NCBI GenBank assembly: GCA_026392135.1
Contig: JAPLCR010000601.1
Coordinates: 1-37,490 of the forward strand
Reading direction: 5' to 3'
Source of the DNA: Armatimonadota bacterium
Lineage (GTDB): Bacteria; Armatimonadota; Chthonomonadetes; Chthonomonadales; Chthonomonadaceae
DNA: 37,490 nucleotides
Made by a program: the position numbers and the translations under genes. Every line of letters begins with the position of its first letter. Positions within the stretch are counted from its first letter, which is position 1. Below the pieces are notes generated by a model that ran no database searches, was not told the DNA's origin, and saw only the letters and a list, made by a program, of their open reading frames with translations. Shown here piece by piece: positions 16,981-26,131 of the stretch.

Positions 16981-18102
16981 TTATTCTTCCTGTACTTCTC
17001 TCAAAACCTGTTGATATACCGATACAATCTGCTCTACCATTTTTAAGGCGGAGTACCTGTTTACGACTCGTGCCCTGCCCGCTTCGCCCATTGAGCGGCG
17101 TAAGGGAGGCGATTTTAGGAGGAGGGCAAGAGATTGTGCGAACTCTAGCACGTCTGAAGGGTTCAACAGGTAGCCCGTGATACCGTCCTCTATCGTCTCT
17201 GGTAAGCCTCCTACCCGATACGCGACGATGGGTTTTCTTGCGGACATCGCCTCTAGTGCGACAATTCCTTGCCCCTCTGAACGGGAGGGTATCGCCACAA
17301 CATCAGCAAGCTGAAAGTACGGAGTGGGGTCAGCAGTGTGACCTGCAAGGTGGATTTGCCCATCGCTACTCGCCATATCGTTAAGGTTCTCGTCTTCGCT
17401 TCCCGCTCCGACAATAACCAGATGCGCGTGTGGCACTTCGGAGCGCAGAAATCCGAAGGAGAGAATGAGTTGGTCGAAGCCTTTCTCTTTTTCAAGTCTT
17501 CCTACTCCTAGAACGGTCGGAGCCATTTCAGGTATCTGGAGCTGTTTGCGGAGGTCTGCGGGGGTTGTGGAGCTGTTATTATGGGAGAGGCTGACTCCAT
17601 TGGGTATCACCTTTATAGGCGGGAGGTCTGAGTCGTCCTTTTGAAACGACTGCATTACGGCTTCCGAAACGGTGATGAGCCGCCTTGTATGACGGAGTGC
17701 TATTGATAGACCTAATTTTTGTACAAAAGAGGTTTTGGGGAGAAGGTTATGTGCAGTCGCGACAAACGGTATTTGTGCCTTTTCTGCGGCGAAGGAGCCT
17801 ATCCATAGCCCACGTATTCCGTGACCATGCACGATGTCGAAGTTGCCCGCTAGCAGTTTGGTAAGTTGGCGGATGGCTTGTATGTCGGCTTGAAGGGAGG
17901 TCTTGCTGGTTATTTCGAGAACAGTGTACGGAGTGTTCAGGCGTTGCGCGAGGGGGGCAAACTCCGCACTACCTATCAGTGTGGGGGCGACTTGTTCTCG
18001 GTTGAGGAGTGAGAGAAACGTTTCGAGGTGGGTACGCATTCCCCCCATGGCGGGGCGCATAACGATAGCAAGGCGTATGGGAGGGGGCAACACACTTGCC
18101 AT
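16981..18102 (-). CDS. glycosyltransferase family 4 (GT-B fold)
   Basis: 373 aa with the C-terminal GT4 signature IPSRSEGQGIVALEAMSARKPIVAYRVGGLPETIEDGITGYL. The ATG shares one nucleotide with the MoxR stop (TGATG). Confidence 0.85.
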   Translation of the reverse strand: MASVLPPPIRLAIVMRPAMGGMRTHLETFLSLLNREQVAPTLIGSAEFAPLAQRLNTPYTVLEITSKTSLQADIQAIRQLTKLLAGNFDIVHGHGIRGLWIGSFAAEKAQIPFVATAHNLLPKTSFVQKLGLSIALRHTRRLITVSEAVMQSFQKDDSDLPPIKVIPNGVSLSHNNSSTTPADLRKQLQIPEMAPTVLGVGRLEKEKGFDQLILSFGFLRSEVPHAHLVIVGAGSEDENLNDMASSDGQIHLAGHTADPTPYFQLADVVAIPSRSEGQGIVALEAMSARKPIVAYRVGGLPETIEDGITGYLLNPSDVLEFAQSLALLLKSPPLRRSMGEAGRARVVNRYSALKMVEQIVSVYQQVLREVQEE

Positions 18103-19154
18103 CAGCGTGGCACTTCAAGAGACCCCAGTATCCCCTCAATGACTCGGTCGGGCGTGTAGCCTTCAATCTCCGACTCAGGACGAATGAGAAGGCGGTGTCT
18201 GAGAATGGGGTAGGCGAGGCGTTTTACCTCATCTGGGGTGACAAAAGTGCGCCCCTGAATAGCGGCGTATGCTTTGGAGGTGAGCAGAAGGTTGATCGAG
18301 GCACGAGGGCTTGCGCCTAGTGCGAGGTGCTTATGGCTACGGGTTGCACGGACTATCTGCACAATATACCGCTGGATTTCGGGCGTAACCTGTACTTTTT
18401 CTATCTCTGCATGGTACTCCGCAAGGTTGCCTCGATTCAAAATCGACTGGATATTTGCAGTTGTAAGGTTGCGTGAACGGAATCCGCTCTGTACCCGCGA
18501 AACAATTGCCTGCTCTTCCTCTATCTGTGGGTAGGAGATGACTACTTTCAGCATGAAACGGTCTAGTTGCGCCTCTGGTAGAGGGTAGGTTCCTTCGTAT
18601 TCAATAGGGTTTTGGGTCGCACATACTAGGAATGGAGAGGGAAGCGGGTGGCTAATACCGTCAATCGTGACCTGTTGCTCTTCCATCGCTTCGAGGAGGG
18701 CGGATTGTGTCTTTGGGGGAGTTCGGTTTATCTCATCAGCAAGGATAAGCCCCGCAAAGAGGGGACCGCGCTTGAGGTTGAACTCGCTGGTGCGCGGGTC
18801 GAACACGTTCGTTCCGATAATGTCTGAAGGCATGAGGTCGGGCGTGAATTGAATACGCGCAAACGCGACATCGAAAATGGTGGCAAGCGTGCGAATGGCG
18901 AGAGTTTTTGCCGTACCAGGAACGCCTTCAAGTAGAATATGCCCTTCCGATAGTACCGCGACAAGCAACATATCTATCAACTCATCTTGCCCAACGAGTG
19001 TCTTGTGCATCTCTATACGCACCTGATGTGCGAAGGCTTCTACCAAGGTAGGCGTGTGGGTGACTATGGGCAGAGAGGGTACGCTTGGAGCGACAGGTAC
19101 GGTGGGTTCAAGTATGGTTGGTGTATTCGATTCCGACAGTAGGCTATCCGACAA
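18102..19154 (-). CDS. MoxR-family AAA+ ATPase
   Basis: 350 aa with Walker A LLEGVPGTAKT, Walker B LILADEINR, and the MoxR-typical TQNPIEYEGTYPLPEAQLDRF. Confidence 0.9.
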   Translation of the reverse strand: MSDSLLSESNTPTILEPTVPVAPSVPSLPIVTHTPTLVEAFAHQVRIEMHKTLVGQDELIDMLLVAVLSEGHILLEGVPGTAKTLAIRTLATIFDVAFARIQFTPDLMPSDIIGTNVFDPRTSEFNLKRGPLFAGLILADEINRTPPKTQSALLEAMEEQQVTIDGISHPLPSPFLVCATQNPIEYEGTYPLPEAQLDRFMLKVVISYPQIEEEQAIVSRVQSGFRSRNLTTANIQSILNRGNLAEYHAEIEKVQVTPEIQRYIVQIVRATRSHKHLALGASPRASINLLLTSKAYAAIQGRTFVTPDEVKRLAYPILRHRLLIRPESEIEGYTPDRVIEGILGSLEVPR

Positions 19155-20355
19155 GGGGTATCGCTCTCCTTACATTCTCTAGGCGTTGTATTAACGTCAA
19201 CAGTTCGCGCTCACTGATTCGTTTTCCTGCACGAATCCTCTCTCCCTCTGCAAATAGTGCCACTAACTCTGCTTGAAGGGGCTGCGCTTCCGTCTGCGTG
19301 TAGGCAAGCAGGTTTTCAGGGCGAGAGTCGGGCGTAAAGTAGTGATGAGCTATCTCCCCCAAAAGCTTATCGTAGAGTATCAGGAACGCGATGTCACTCG
19401 CTTTCGATTTTTTCCAGAAGCCGGCGACGGCAGTTGCATAGTCTGTAGAGGGACGCCGTTTTGGGCTGGGAACAGAGATGGGTTGACCAAATCTGCGGCT
19501 ACTGCTATAGACAAGCAGTAGCCCCACTAAGGCGGAGTGTAGAAGGAGTAGGCGTAGTGGGAGGGGAGTGATGCTCCATACCCCCGCCTGCCCACCTGCA
19601 CTCTCTTCAAACCCTATTCCATGATGGTACTCATCAAAGGCGATACTGCTATGCTGGTCATGAGTTGCTAACTTTGCGATGTTGAGAAGGAGCGGAAGGT
19701 TATCGTACTTCTCTTGTGCAAGAAGAGAGTTGGAGGCTAGGTCAGCTACTGTTGAAACGTACAGATGCCCTCGCCCTACCTTTTTTTCGAGGAGTAGAGT
19801 GCCATCCCTGTCTTCTAGGAGAGTTGTGTAGTGGGATTCAGGCTTGGTTTTGAGGCGAACGGGGGTTGTATAGGCTATGGTTGTGACGTTTTCAAGCGTG
19901 GGAGAGGCTGGGCTTACCGTCTCTACTGTGTATGGGTTGGGGTCTCCTGTAACGACAGAGATGTCTCCCATAAGCGGATCTTTGGGGTCATAGCCCCGTG
20001 TGGGGGCGGTGGCGATATAGACGAATGTGCCTCCTGCCTCTACCCAAAGCTTGAGTGCCTCCATCTCATCTTGAGATACGGGGCGTGTCTTATCGAAAGG
20101 TTCTACAGCGAATAGGAGAGAGGTATCTGCATTGAGCCTCCGCCAACTAGAACGAAACTGAACAACGGAGTGCCCTTGTGTCTCATAGAGGAGATAGAGG
20201 GCTTTTAGTCCGTTGGGGCGTGCATTGAAGGTACTCGGCTCCAAGGTGGGGCGCATCTCTTCGCTCTTTTCGCGGGAGAGGGTTGCTGTGATGAGCAGGA
20301 GGAGCATCAGTCCAACTAATAGTGCGTATTCGCGACGTAAGGAGAAGCCTTTCAT
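19144..20355 (-). CDS. DUF4350-like membrane-anchored protein (MoxR-operon accessory)
   Basis: 403 aa. It has an N-terminal TM helix, NARPNGLKALYLLYETQGHSV...LKLWVEAGGTFVY, and a second TM helix near residue 270. Its 3' end overlaps the MoxR start by 11 nt. Confidence 0.6.
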   Translation of the reverse strand: MKGFSLRREYALLVGLMLLLLITATLSREKSEEMRPTLEPSTFNARPNGLKALYLLYETQGHSVVQFRSSWRRLNADTSLLFAVEPFDKTRPVSQDEMEALKLWVEAGGTFVYIATAPTRGYDPKDPLMGDISVVTGDPNPYTVETVSPASPTLENVTTIAYTTPVRLKTKPESHYTTLLEDRDGTLLLEKKVGRGHLYVSTVADLASNSLLAQEKYDNLPLLLNIAKLATHDQHSSIAFDEYHHGIGFEESAGGQAGVWSITPLPLRLLLLHSALVGLLLVYSSSRRFGQPISVPSPKRRPSTDYATAVAGFWKKSKASDIAFLILYDKLLGEIAHHYFTPDSRPENLLAYTQTEAQPLQAELVALFAEGERIRAGKRISERELLTLIQRLENVRRAIPLVG

Positions 20356-20359
20356 CGTG

Positions 20360-21190
20360 TTAGCCTACCTCCTCTACTACCTTCCCCACTGCTGTCTGCT
20401 TAACGAGCGTTAGAAGCTTCTCGTAGAGGGCAAGGGTTTGGGCATAGTCGGCGGGCAGGGCAGGACGGCATCCGTAACAGTGCGTGTCGAACTGCCAGAA
20501 AGCGGGTTTTAGTACTCGAAAGAGGGTAGGCGATTTCGCAATATGCTGTAGGTATTCACCATTTGTGCGGTGCTTTTCAAAGGGAAGAACGCCTTCCGAA
20601 TCGAGGCACAAGAGGAGAGCAACAAAGGCGGCGCGGTAGGCTTTTGTGTAGTCGTTGGCTTGTGCATACTCTTTTGCGCGTTCAAGCCAAACCTCTTGAG
20701 ACGGAAACTCCTCACTCTCTTCGGTGAAGGCGAGAGGGGAGTTACTCAGTTTGGGAGTGCGGTAGCGGCTCTTCAAAATACGAATAAGAAGCCGCACGCC
20801 AAGCACGAAAAAGATGCCAATAAATACCCACACAAAGAGCGAACTAGATACGATTTTCGGTGTGAGTGAGAGGAGTTTTTGAAACCACTTTGTGAAGTCA
20901 TCCCACCTTTGGCGTATCCAGTCCGCGGTCTGTTGGAGCGGGTTTTTCTGTACACCTTTCGTCATTTTGAATTCGGGGCGGGATACGATTTCGCGTAGTT
21001 GTGTCCTCGCTTTGGAGTGCGTCTCTGTAGTAGACGTAGAGGGCTGTGCGAAGGCGGATGGCGTGAAGAGTAGAAGGGTAAGTAGAAGTAGCGCGAGGAG
21101 TATCCCCCCTCTCCAACCTGCGCTTACCCTCTCTAAATCTCCCCAAGGCTTCCGTGCGTTCTGTAACGTGGTTGGAAAATGGACTCTCAT
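20360..21190 (-). CDS. DUF4129-like protein (MoxR-operon accessory)
   Basis: 276 aa with a signal/TM region and a central TM helix. The C-terminal domain (AKEYAQANDYTKAYRAAFVALLLCLDSEGVLPFEKHRTNGEYL) is typical of DUF4129. Confidence 0.55.
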   Translation of the reverse strand: MRVHFPTTLQNARKPWGDLERVSAGWRGGILLALLLLTLLLFTPSAFAQPSTSTTETHSKARTQLREIVSRPEFKMTKGVQKNPLQQTADWIRQRWDDFTKWFQKLLSLTPKIVSSSLFVWVFIGIFFVLGVRLLIRILKSRYRTPKLSNSPLAFTEESEEFPSQEVWLERAKEYAQANDYTKAYRAAFVALLLCLDSEGVLPFEKHRTNGEYLQHIAKSPTLFRVLKPAFWQFDTHCYGCRPALPADYAQTLALYEKLLTLVKQTAVGKVVEEVG

Positions 21191-22296
21191 CGCTTGCGTC
21201 TCCTTGATACAGGAGGTGAGGAGAGAGCGGTTGAGAGCAACGGAGAAGCGGTGTTTGGAAGACTCGGCGCAGGAATATGAGCGGCTTCAGCAAGAAGGCG
21301 AATGTCTAGCCCATCGCGCCGGAACGCCATGTCGTAGTAGAGCAACGTAAAGAATATCATCGCGTAGGGTTGGAAGAAGAGTGAGAGTAGGGCAGTGAAG
21401 GCGGTCTGTATCCAGAAGTTTAGTAAGGGCTGGATATGCAGGCTTGTGGTGACTGATGCGAGTGAGGTTATTAGGAGCATCTGTAAGCCTAAGAGTGCAA
21501 CGGGAAGGCACGCTGTTGCTAGCCAAACTTTTCGGAAACTCTGTTTAGGAATCAATTGGGTGTTGCGCTCTACTATCCGCGTAGGGCGTTTGCCTTCGAG
21601 AACAGTGAGCGGGGTGGCAAGAATAAAGGCACGCGCAATAGCAAAACAGGCGAGAAAGTAGGGGACAATAAAGAGTAGAACGACGAGTACGCCCGCAACT
21701 GCCGAGCTTGATCCTGGTATGGCGGCGGCTCCCATTAGCAGGAGGCTGATGACGATGGAGAAACCCAGAAACCAGAGGCTATAGCCTCCGATGAACGCCA
21801 AGCCTGCGAACAACCAAACCGTTCCCTGTCGAAGGAGGAGGCGAAACGACTGCCGAAAAGCGCGTCGAATAGAGATGGGTTTCCCTAACAGAATATGGGA
21901 GGTAATCAACGTGACGGGGGTACTCGCGATGAAGAAGGCGATGGCGGTGAGTATTCCGGGAATACCCATGTCTGGTACACCAACCAGTAGTACTGCACCT
22001 ATCAACTGAAAGGTTTGAGCTAAAATTTCAGGGTCGCTAGCATCTTGCACACTTTGAGAGAGCGGAGCCAACCAGAAGTTGTTTACCATCTGTAGAAGAG
22101 CGTGCATTGGTAAAAGAATAATGGCGACAGTAACGATATAGGTGAGGGCGCGGCTTTTATAGAGGTCGAAGGCGCGGTCAAATATACCCATGATGGGCTG
22201 AGGCTCATAGTGTACCGCGGACTCTTCCCGCGTGATAACCTCTGAGGCGACTGGGCGCGTGGTAACTGTTTGGGCTACTCTCTGCTCGATGGTCAT
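21187..22296 (-). CDS. polytopic membrane protein of unknown function
   Basis: 369 aa with at least 6 predicted hydrophobic helices and a Pro/Ser-rich basic tail. It overlaps both neighbours by 4 nt. Confidence 0.6.
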   Translation of the reverse strand: MTIEQRVAQTVTTRPVASEVITREESAVHYEPQPIMGIFDRAFDLYKSRALTYIVTVAIILLPMHALLQMVNNFWLAPLSQSVQDASDPEILAQTFQLIGAVLLVGVPDMGIPGILTAIAFFIASTPVTLITSHILLGKPISIRRAFRQSFRLLLRQGTVWLFAGLAFIGGYSLWFLGFSIVISLLLMGAAAIPGSSSAVAGVLVVLLFIVPYFLACFAIARAFILATPLTVLEGKRPTRIVERNTQLIPKQSFRKVWLATACLPVALLGLQMLLITSLASVTTSLHIQPLLNFWIQTAFTALLSLFFQPYAMIFFTLLYYDMAFRRDGLDIRLLAEAAHIPAPSLPNTASPLLSTALSSPPVSRRRKR

Positions 22297-23408
22297 GGCG
22301 TACCTAGTGGTCGGTTTGGCGGTGCGGCTTTGGGTGATATACCTGCCTCTGGCGTGGGCTTTATGGGGTGGGGCTCTTCACTAGTAGCCATTTTTTTGAT
22401 GATGAATGTCACTTTGACACTGGTTATTGGCTTGTCTTGGTCATCGCGTAGACCAATGTCAGGGGGAGTGTTTAGGCGTATTGTGACCGTTTGGTTTTGG
22501 GTGAACGCTTTTGCGGAGATAGGTTCAGTACTTATAGTGGAGAGATTTGTGAGCCGCTCTGGTCGTCCTAGCAGTTTGAGTTGAGAAGGCTCCACTCGAA
22601 TTTCAGAAATAGTGTAAGGATAGGCGGTAGGCTCGGAGATATCCGCGCTCACGAGTACAATCTTGGAGGGTGGCTCTTCCTGTAGCGGGACAATAACGCG
22701 CACGGCATTGGGTTCCAGCTGTACCCCCTCTACGGGGCGGTCTTCGCTGTCTCGTGCTTGCACTATAAATTCGCCATCTACCTTTGCACCCGTACCGGAG
22801 GGTTGTGCGTTGACCACAATGTGTGTGACGCGCTTCATTTTCTCAGCCCTTCCCATCAACCGTACCCTGCTGGGCTGTATCTCTGGATTACCGTAGCGAA
22901 ATCCGACGGGCGGCTCTTTCGGATAGAGGGCAGTTACAGAGAGTGTTTTTACCGCAGGTTGGTAGATTTGTACGTGGGTAGAGGGCATGGGGGGGTCGAA
23001 AACTAGCCCCTTGAGGGTTGGCGCGGGGAGATTTGGGAGTTGAATTTGAAGGAGGAGAACCTGAGGAGTGTAGACCTCCGGGTTCAGCTTGTGTATGTCG
23101 GCAAGTGCGTGGATATCGCTGTCCTTCAGACCTTCCAGTACGCTCTTTTGTCCTGATAAGGTGACGGCAATCGTGGGGCTTTCAAGGTCGTAGTCTATTC
23201 CCTCAGTGTTGTTTACAGGGGTGATAGTGATATTGAAGCTACGCTGGATGGTTGGATTGCGCTCTGTCTGGACGTAGACGTAGAGCGTAACTGCGGTAAG
23301 AAGTGCGATAACTTTGAACACCCAATCCGTTCGTAGGCTCATCGTGATGTCGGATTTGCGTTGTTCAAGTCGCTCTTTATTAGGAATATAGGGTTCAAGA
23401 AAAGACAT
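22293..23408 (-). CDS. cdaR: YbbR-domain protein, CdaR-like regulator of diadenylate cyclase
   Basis: 371 aa. It has one N-terminal TM helix, then repeated beta-rich YbbR-like modules (VTLSGQKSVLEGL..., VRLMGRAEKMKRV..., LKLLGRPERLTNL...). It lies directly downstream of cdaA. Confidence 0.7.
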   Translation of the reverse strand: MSFLEPYIPNKERLEQRKSDITMSLRTDWVFKVIALLTAVTLYVYVQTERNPTIQRSFNITITPVNNTEGIDYDLESPTIAVTLSGQKSVLEGLKDSDIHALADIHKLNPEVYTPQVLLLQIQLPNLPAPTLKGLVFDPPMPSTHVQIYQPAVKTLSVTALYPKEPPVGFRYGNPEIQPSRVRLMGRAEKMKRVTHIVVNAQPSGTGAKVDGEFIVQARDSEDRPVEGVQLEPNAVRVIVPLQEEPPSKIVLVSADISEPTAYPYTISEIRVEPSQLKLLGRPERLTNLSTISTEPISAKAFTQNQTVTIRLNTPPDIGLRDDQDKPITSVKVTFIIKKMATSEEPHPIKPTPEAGISPKAAPPNRPLGTP

Positions 23409-23424
23409 AGCGTTCTGTGGTTTC

Positions 23425-24267
23425 TCAGGCGCGTTGGTCGGAAGTCTCTCCGCCTGTGTTCACGTTTTCAAGGTCGGAATGGGTGACATGAAGTAGTTGG
23501 TTTAGGCGTTCACGTAGGTTCTCGGAGCGAAAGCCACGTAGGAGCTTGCCATTGACTGCGAGTGAGATAGTCCCAGTCTCTTCTGATACTACGAGGACGA
23601 CTGCATCCGAGTTTTCCGACATACCGAGTGCGGCTTTGTGGCGTGTATGCACCTCTGCATCCACCTTAGGGCGGTCTGTGAGTGGGAGGAGGCAACCTGC
23701 CGCTGCGATGGTGCCTTTACGAATAATGACTGCGCCGTCGTGTAGGCTCGTCCCTTTGTGGAAGAGGGTAAGAAGGAGGGAAGAGGTTACTTGTGCATTG
23801 AGGAGGGTTCCACTCTCAATAGTCTGGTCGAGGCGGAACTGCCGTTCAAAGACAACAAGTGCGCCCACCTTGTCACGGGAGAGCTTTTCAATAGCACGTA
23901 CCACCTCTGTGACCATCTCGGTCGTGTCAACTTTGCTTACGATATTGAGGCTACGCGTCCAGAAGCGCGGACCAAACTCCTCTAAGGCGTGACGTAGCTC
24001 GGGATAGAGGAGTATGACGATAGCGACGGGACCTAGCGGAAGTATCTGTTGTAGGAGCCAGTGCAGGGTATCGAGGTGGAGGCGGCGGCTTACGATAAGT
24101 GCAAGGAACAGGGTTGCAAGCCCACCCAAAATCTGGACGGCGCGAGTCCCTCTCGCCAAAAGCAGGAGGCGATGAATTAGGAATGCCACGAGGAAAATAT
24201 CGAGGCTTCCCATCCATAGATTACCGTTACGGATTCCCGAAAGTATTTGTGGTAACTCCATAGCCAT
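23425..24267 (-). CDS. cdaA: diadenylate cyclase CdaA (c-di-AMP synthase)
   Basis: 280 aa with three N-terminal TM helices. The DAC domain carries VGALVVFERQ, HDGAVIIRKGTIAAAGCLLPLT, TRHKAALGMSENSDAVVLVVSEETG. Confidence 0.9.
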   Translation of the reverse strand: MAMELPQILSGIRNGNLWMGSLDIFLVAFLIHRLLLLARGTRAVQILGGLATLFLALIVSRRLHLDTLHWLLQQILPLGPVAIVILLYPELRHALEEFGPRFWTRSLNIVSKVDTTEMVTEVVRAIEKLSRDKVGALVVFERQFRLDQTIESGTLLNAQVTSSLLLTLFHKGTSLHDGAVIIRKGTIAAAGCLLPLTDRPKVDAEVHTRHKAALGMSENSDAVVLVVSEETGTISLAVNGKLLRGFRSENLRERLNQLLHVTHSDLENVNTGGETSDQRA

Positions 24268-24378
24268 CCCGTCTTAGGAGTGTTGAAACTGATGTTTAAG
24301 TATATCACACCGTGCGAGAGGTAGGAGGCACACTTGAGAAATAGGCCGATATTTTTCCGAATTATGTGTTTAGAAAGG

Positions 24379-24408
24379 TTGACATAGGCGGTAAGGATTC
24401 GCTATAGT
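24379..24408 (+). promoter_or_regulatory. candidate sigma70-type promoter for the LysM/NlpC-P60 gene
   Basis: TTGACA (24379-24384), an 18-nt spacer, then TATAGT (24403-24408). It lies about 105 nt upstream of GTG 24514, in the divergent cdaA/LysM intergenic region. Confidence 0.35.
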
Positions 24409-24513
24409 AGAGGTGGCGGAGATTGTAACAAAGTTCACAAAGAGGGTGTGGCATTGGTCACACACTGGAACATTTGATATTTCCGACCCGACTCCCCACG
24501 AGAAAGGAGACCC

Positions 24514-25550
24514 GTGTTGACGAGAATAGATTTTCGCTGGATACGTTCTTGCGTTGCCATAGTAGCAGTGCTGGTCGTACAGGCAAGCCTCCCCGCGGAG
24601 GCTACACAGACACATACCTTGAAACCGGGTGAGACACTAACTTCCATTGCACGTAAGTATGGACTATTGGCTCAAGACATTGTTGCGGCGAACCACATTA
24701 CCGATCCTCTAAATGTGCGTGATGGGAAAGTCCTCACCATTCCTGCCGCCCCCAAGCCCGTAAAAGTTGCACATACGTTAAAACAGGCGCGTACCATTGG
24801 AGGCGATAGAGTTAAAGTACGTATCGCTCCTGGTGGTGAGAGCCGCCTTGTGGATATGTTTGATAAAGGCATCCCCGTTACGATGACGGCACACAAAGAG
24901 GGATGGGCACAGATTACCCTTCCTGACGGCAAGTCTGGCTGGGTTCGTGAAGATTTATTAGCAACCCCGAAGGCAAAAGCAACCACTGTGCAGGTAGCAC
25001 ATCAGACTCCCAAGCCTACCGAGCATAAATCTCCTAAGCCTATTGCTGTAGCGCATAGAACTGAAGAGTCGCGTGAAAAGGTTCGCAAGGCGGCACGTGG
25101 ACGACAGATGGAGTCTAATCGACGCACAGCGCAGAAGCATCGTAAGCATGAGGTAGAGGTTGCACGGCGGCATCAGAAAGAGTGGAGTAAGCGTGGAAAA
25201 CAGTACGCTTCTGGACATCGCTCGTATGGTGGAAGGAACATTCCAGAGGCGCACGTTGGCGATAAGGTAAATAACGAAGTGATTCGTGAAGCCCTCTCCT
25301 ATCGCGGTACGCCCTACCGTTCCGGCGGCGGGTCACGCGGTGGGTTCGACTGTTCTGGGTTCACAAGTTATCGGCGGGTGATTTGGTTTTCTTTGAGACC
25401 GTTCGTAAAGGTATCTCTCACGTCGGTGTCTATGTGGGCGATGGTAAGTTCGTTCACTCTTCCAGCCGCCGTTCTGGCGGTGTGCGTGTGGATAGCCTTG
25501 ATAGCGGCTACTACAAAGGGGCATTTAGAGGGGCGCGTCGCGTTCGCTAA
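24514..25550 (+). pseudogene. LysM-SH3-NlpC/P60 cell-wall peptidase; the catalytic domain is interrupted as sequenced
   Basis: The protein has a signal peptide, a LysM domain (HTLKPGETLTSIARKYGLLAQDIVAANHI), an SH3b domain (VRIAPGGESRLV...GWAQITLPDGKSGWV), a basic linker, then NlpC/P60 GTPYRSGGGSRGGFDCSGFTSY in frame 1. The rest of the domain (GDLVFFETVRKGISHVGVYVGDGKFVHSSS...RRVR*) is in another frame and ends at TAA 25548-25550. The junction is about 25369-25377. Confidence 0.8.
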
Positions 25551-25568
25551 CACCCTACGTTAACCTGA

Positions 25569-25608
25569 AAAGACGACAGCCTGTAAGTAAGGCTGTCGTC
25601 TTTTTTTG
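25569..25608 (+). terminator. intrinsic terminator
   Basis: GACGACAGCC (25572-25581) pairs perfectly with GGCTGTCGTC (25591-25600) around a 9-nt loop. A T7 run follows. Confidence 0.85.
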
Positions 25609-25678
25609 CTTTGTTTCTCTGTGAAATAGGATCACGCGTCTTGTACAGAAAATAGGTAGCGTGGGGTAGAATAGCATC

Positions 25679-26131
25679 ATGTCTCTTCAGCCTATTATAA
25701 ACTATCTTGCCTACTCTGAGCGTATCGGCTCGGCTGGACAGCCCACTGTAGAACAGTTCGCCTCCATTCAGGAGGCGGGGTATGAGGCGGTACTCTCCTT
25801 ACTACCCGATAGACCGCCCTACTTTCAGGAAGAAGAGGCGCAAGTACGGGCTTTAAGGATGGATTTTGCGCGAATTCCTGTAGAGTGGGACACACCTCAA
25901 CTGACTCAGCTGGAGGCATTTTTTGACAGAATGGATGAGTGGAACGGGCGACGTGTTTTTGTGCATTGCGCCATGAATATGCGGGTTTCTGCATTTCTTT
26001 ATCTCTACCACACTCTCCGCGTGGGTATCAGCGAAGCGGAAGCACACGCAAAACTGACGCTGATATGGGAACCCGAAGGCGTATGGGAGGAGTTTGTCGC
26101 CGATGCAAAAGCCTATTTCCAGAAGGTATAG
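25679..26131 (+). CDS. PTP-fold / DUF442-like phosphatase-family protein
   Basis: 150 aa with an N-terminal IGSAGQPTVEQFASIQEAGYEAVLSLLPD and a Cys-loop VFVHCAMNMRVSAF. This resembles the DUF442/dual-specificity phosphatase fold. The loop is not a canonical C-x5-R. Confidence 0.45.
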   Translation: MSLQPIINYLAYSERIGSAGQPTVEQFASIQEAGYEAVLSLLPDRPPYFQEEEAQVRALRMDFARIPVEWDTPQLTQLEAFFDRMDEWNGRRVFVHCAMNMRVSAFLYLYHTLRVGISEAEAHAKLTLIWEPEGVWEEFVADAKAYFQKV

